A DNA stretch of 64,000 nt from Eledone cirrhosa (taxonomy: Eukaryota). The DNA lies in NCBI GenBank assembly GCA_964016885.1, contig OZ024756.1, positions 26,040,001 through 26,104,000 of the forward strand, written 5' to 3'. Positions 62,276 to 64,000 of the stretch are shown here, piece by piece. The translations under genes and the position numbers were made by a program. Within the stretch, counting starts at the first letter, position 1, and the number at the start of each line of letters is the position of its first letter. The notes beneath the pieces are model-generated. The model did no database searches and had not been told where the DNA came from. It saw only the letters and a list, made by a program, of their open reading frames with translations.

Positions 62276-63514
62276 TTCTCTCTTGCACAACACTTTGGAT
62301 ATATCATCATCATCATTATTTAACATCTGCTTTCCTGGCTAGCAAGGATTGGACTGGTCTACATAGACCAAATCAGTACTGAAGCAGAGCCACTGATGTC
62401 CCAGACAAACTGAGGGGGTCTGCATCCCACTTACATATGGTCATTATCGTGTGCAGAGAAGAAGTTGTGTCTTTTGACACAAACTGATGGATCCTCCTAA
62501 ACCCTTGTTTGGCAAGCTTTCTATGGCTGGATGCCCTTCCTAACACCATCTACGTGGGTGCTTTTATTGTGTAGATCACCAGCACTGGAGAGGGTGTCAT
62601 GTACTTGACATAATTAAAGGATCCTCCCAACCCCTTTGTTTGGCAAACTTTCTCTGATTGGATGCCCTTCCTATCACCAACCACTATACAGCATATACTG
62701 GGTGCATTTATTGTGTAGATCCCCGACACTAGAGAAACAGTTGTGTCTCAGACACAGCTAAAGGGTCCACTCAATCCTATTAGGCATGATTTCTACAGTG
62801 AGGTGCCCTTCCCGTTGCCAGCCACCCATATGGAGTGTACCAGGTACATTTTCATTGCCCCATCAATAGAGAGGAGGGCAATAGGGGAGGGAGATAGGTA
62901 TTAAGTTATATGTTTGTGAGGATGGGTCGGGGTGGCTGATTAGTGTATGGGGAGTGGGGATGTAGTGGTGTGTGATGTGTGTATGTGGGTGGGGGTGGGG
63001 GTTGCTTGATAGAGAGGGGGTAAAGGGTAGAGAGAGTAGCTACACACACATAAAATTAGAAGTTTGTTAATAAAGATGGCCTGTAACTGGTTATTACACT
63101 TTTCACAACCACAGGGTTTCTGTTACAGCCCGACAGTGTGGCACCTTGGACAAATGTCAACTATAGACTTGGGTTAACCTATGTTTTGTGAGTGGAATTT
63201 AGTAGACGGAAACTGCAGAAGCTCATTGCATATATATGTATATATGTGCATGTTTGTATGTGTGTGAGAGTGAGATGGCGTTTATGTCATGTAGCTAAGT
63301 GGTTCAACCAAAAGGGGTTGATGAAATAAGTACCAGACATGAAAAAATGAAGTATTGGTGTCTATATGATTGACTAACAACACTTGAAGGTGGTACTCCA
63401 GCATGGTCACTGTCTCATGAAAATATGAGGTTTGAGGGATGGTAAAAATTAGCTAATTATCTCTCATAATTAAGATTTAACCTAAGTATATTTAAATAAC
63501 AACAGCTTAACACA

Positions 63515-63755
63515 CAGTGTTGTTGTTGGTGTAGTGGTGATGGTGGTAGTGTTGTTGTTGGTATAATGGTGACGGTAGTGTTGTTGTTGGTGTAGTGGTG
63601 GTAGTGTTGATGTAATGGTGGTGGTGCAGTTGTGGTAGTGTAGTGGTGATGATGCAGTGGTTGTGGTGCAGTTGTAGTGGGTGCTGTTGATGGTGGTGGT
63701 GCTGGGTGTTCTTGTTGGTGTAGTGGTGTTAGTGTTGGTGGTGATAATGATGTGT
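63515..63755. repeat. GT-rich degenerate trinucleotide (GGT/GTT/GTA) tract
   Basis: directly visible. Confidence 0.85.
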
Positions 63756-64000
63756 ATGTGTGGCGGGAGTTGACATTGACTTATTAAAAAAAACCCATCA
63801 ATGGTTCAAAGACTAACAACAACTAACAAACAAAAGACAGAAAAATCTACTGAAACTGTAAAGGTTAAAAAACTAGAAGGTCACCCATGTTGAAAGTTTT
63901 ATGTAATTATTGGCTTAAACCAGTCATTCAGTCCATACTGCACTGCACCTCACCTTCCGTAGGTATCTGTCTTAATGCTATGGAATTTTAGTCCCATCAT

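Noticed and set aside
63954-64000. Minus-strand donor-like site (GAAG|GTGAG) with open frame MMGLKFHSIKTDTYG at the window edge
   Set aside because: Phase 2 and not WH1-like; cannot join the phase-0 WASP exon and is too short to assess

Overview
AT-rich, repeat-dense animal genomic DNA; the repeat families and gene architecture suggest a coleoid cephalopod such as octopus, which is an inference. There are two convergent intron-containing genes. (1) A complete IMP dehydrogenase (IMPDH) on the + strand: 15 coding exons, 13416-36038, 514 aa, with catalytic Cys331. (2) A WASP/N-WASP actin nucleation-promoting factor on the - strand, with 9 recognisable exons at 39332-57600 (C-half of WH1, basic region, CRIB, poly-Pro, two WH2, C, A). 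Main discoveries: (a) a 1554-bp S/Q/H/N/Y-rich exon (58895-60448) that starts with ATG and ends in a phase-0 donor in frame with the mid-WH1 WASP exon, predicting a 955-aa WASP isoform with a prion-like N-terminus; (b) a candidate alternative C-terminal IMPDH exon in the last intron, at the same position as the vertebrate retinal IMPDH1 exon; (c) many short (TA)n-embedded, often fold-back elements carrying whole or half minimal hammerhead-ribozyme motifs, plus a decayed Penelope-like GIY-YIG element; (d) a permuted multi-kb inverted duplication upstream of IMPDH with arm-specific LINE/SINE insertions. The background is RTE LINE fragments (with a PHD-like finger inside the RT), two tRNA-derived SINE families, piggyBac-type MITEs, mariner/hAT relics and many mini/microsatellites.
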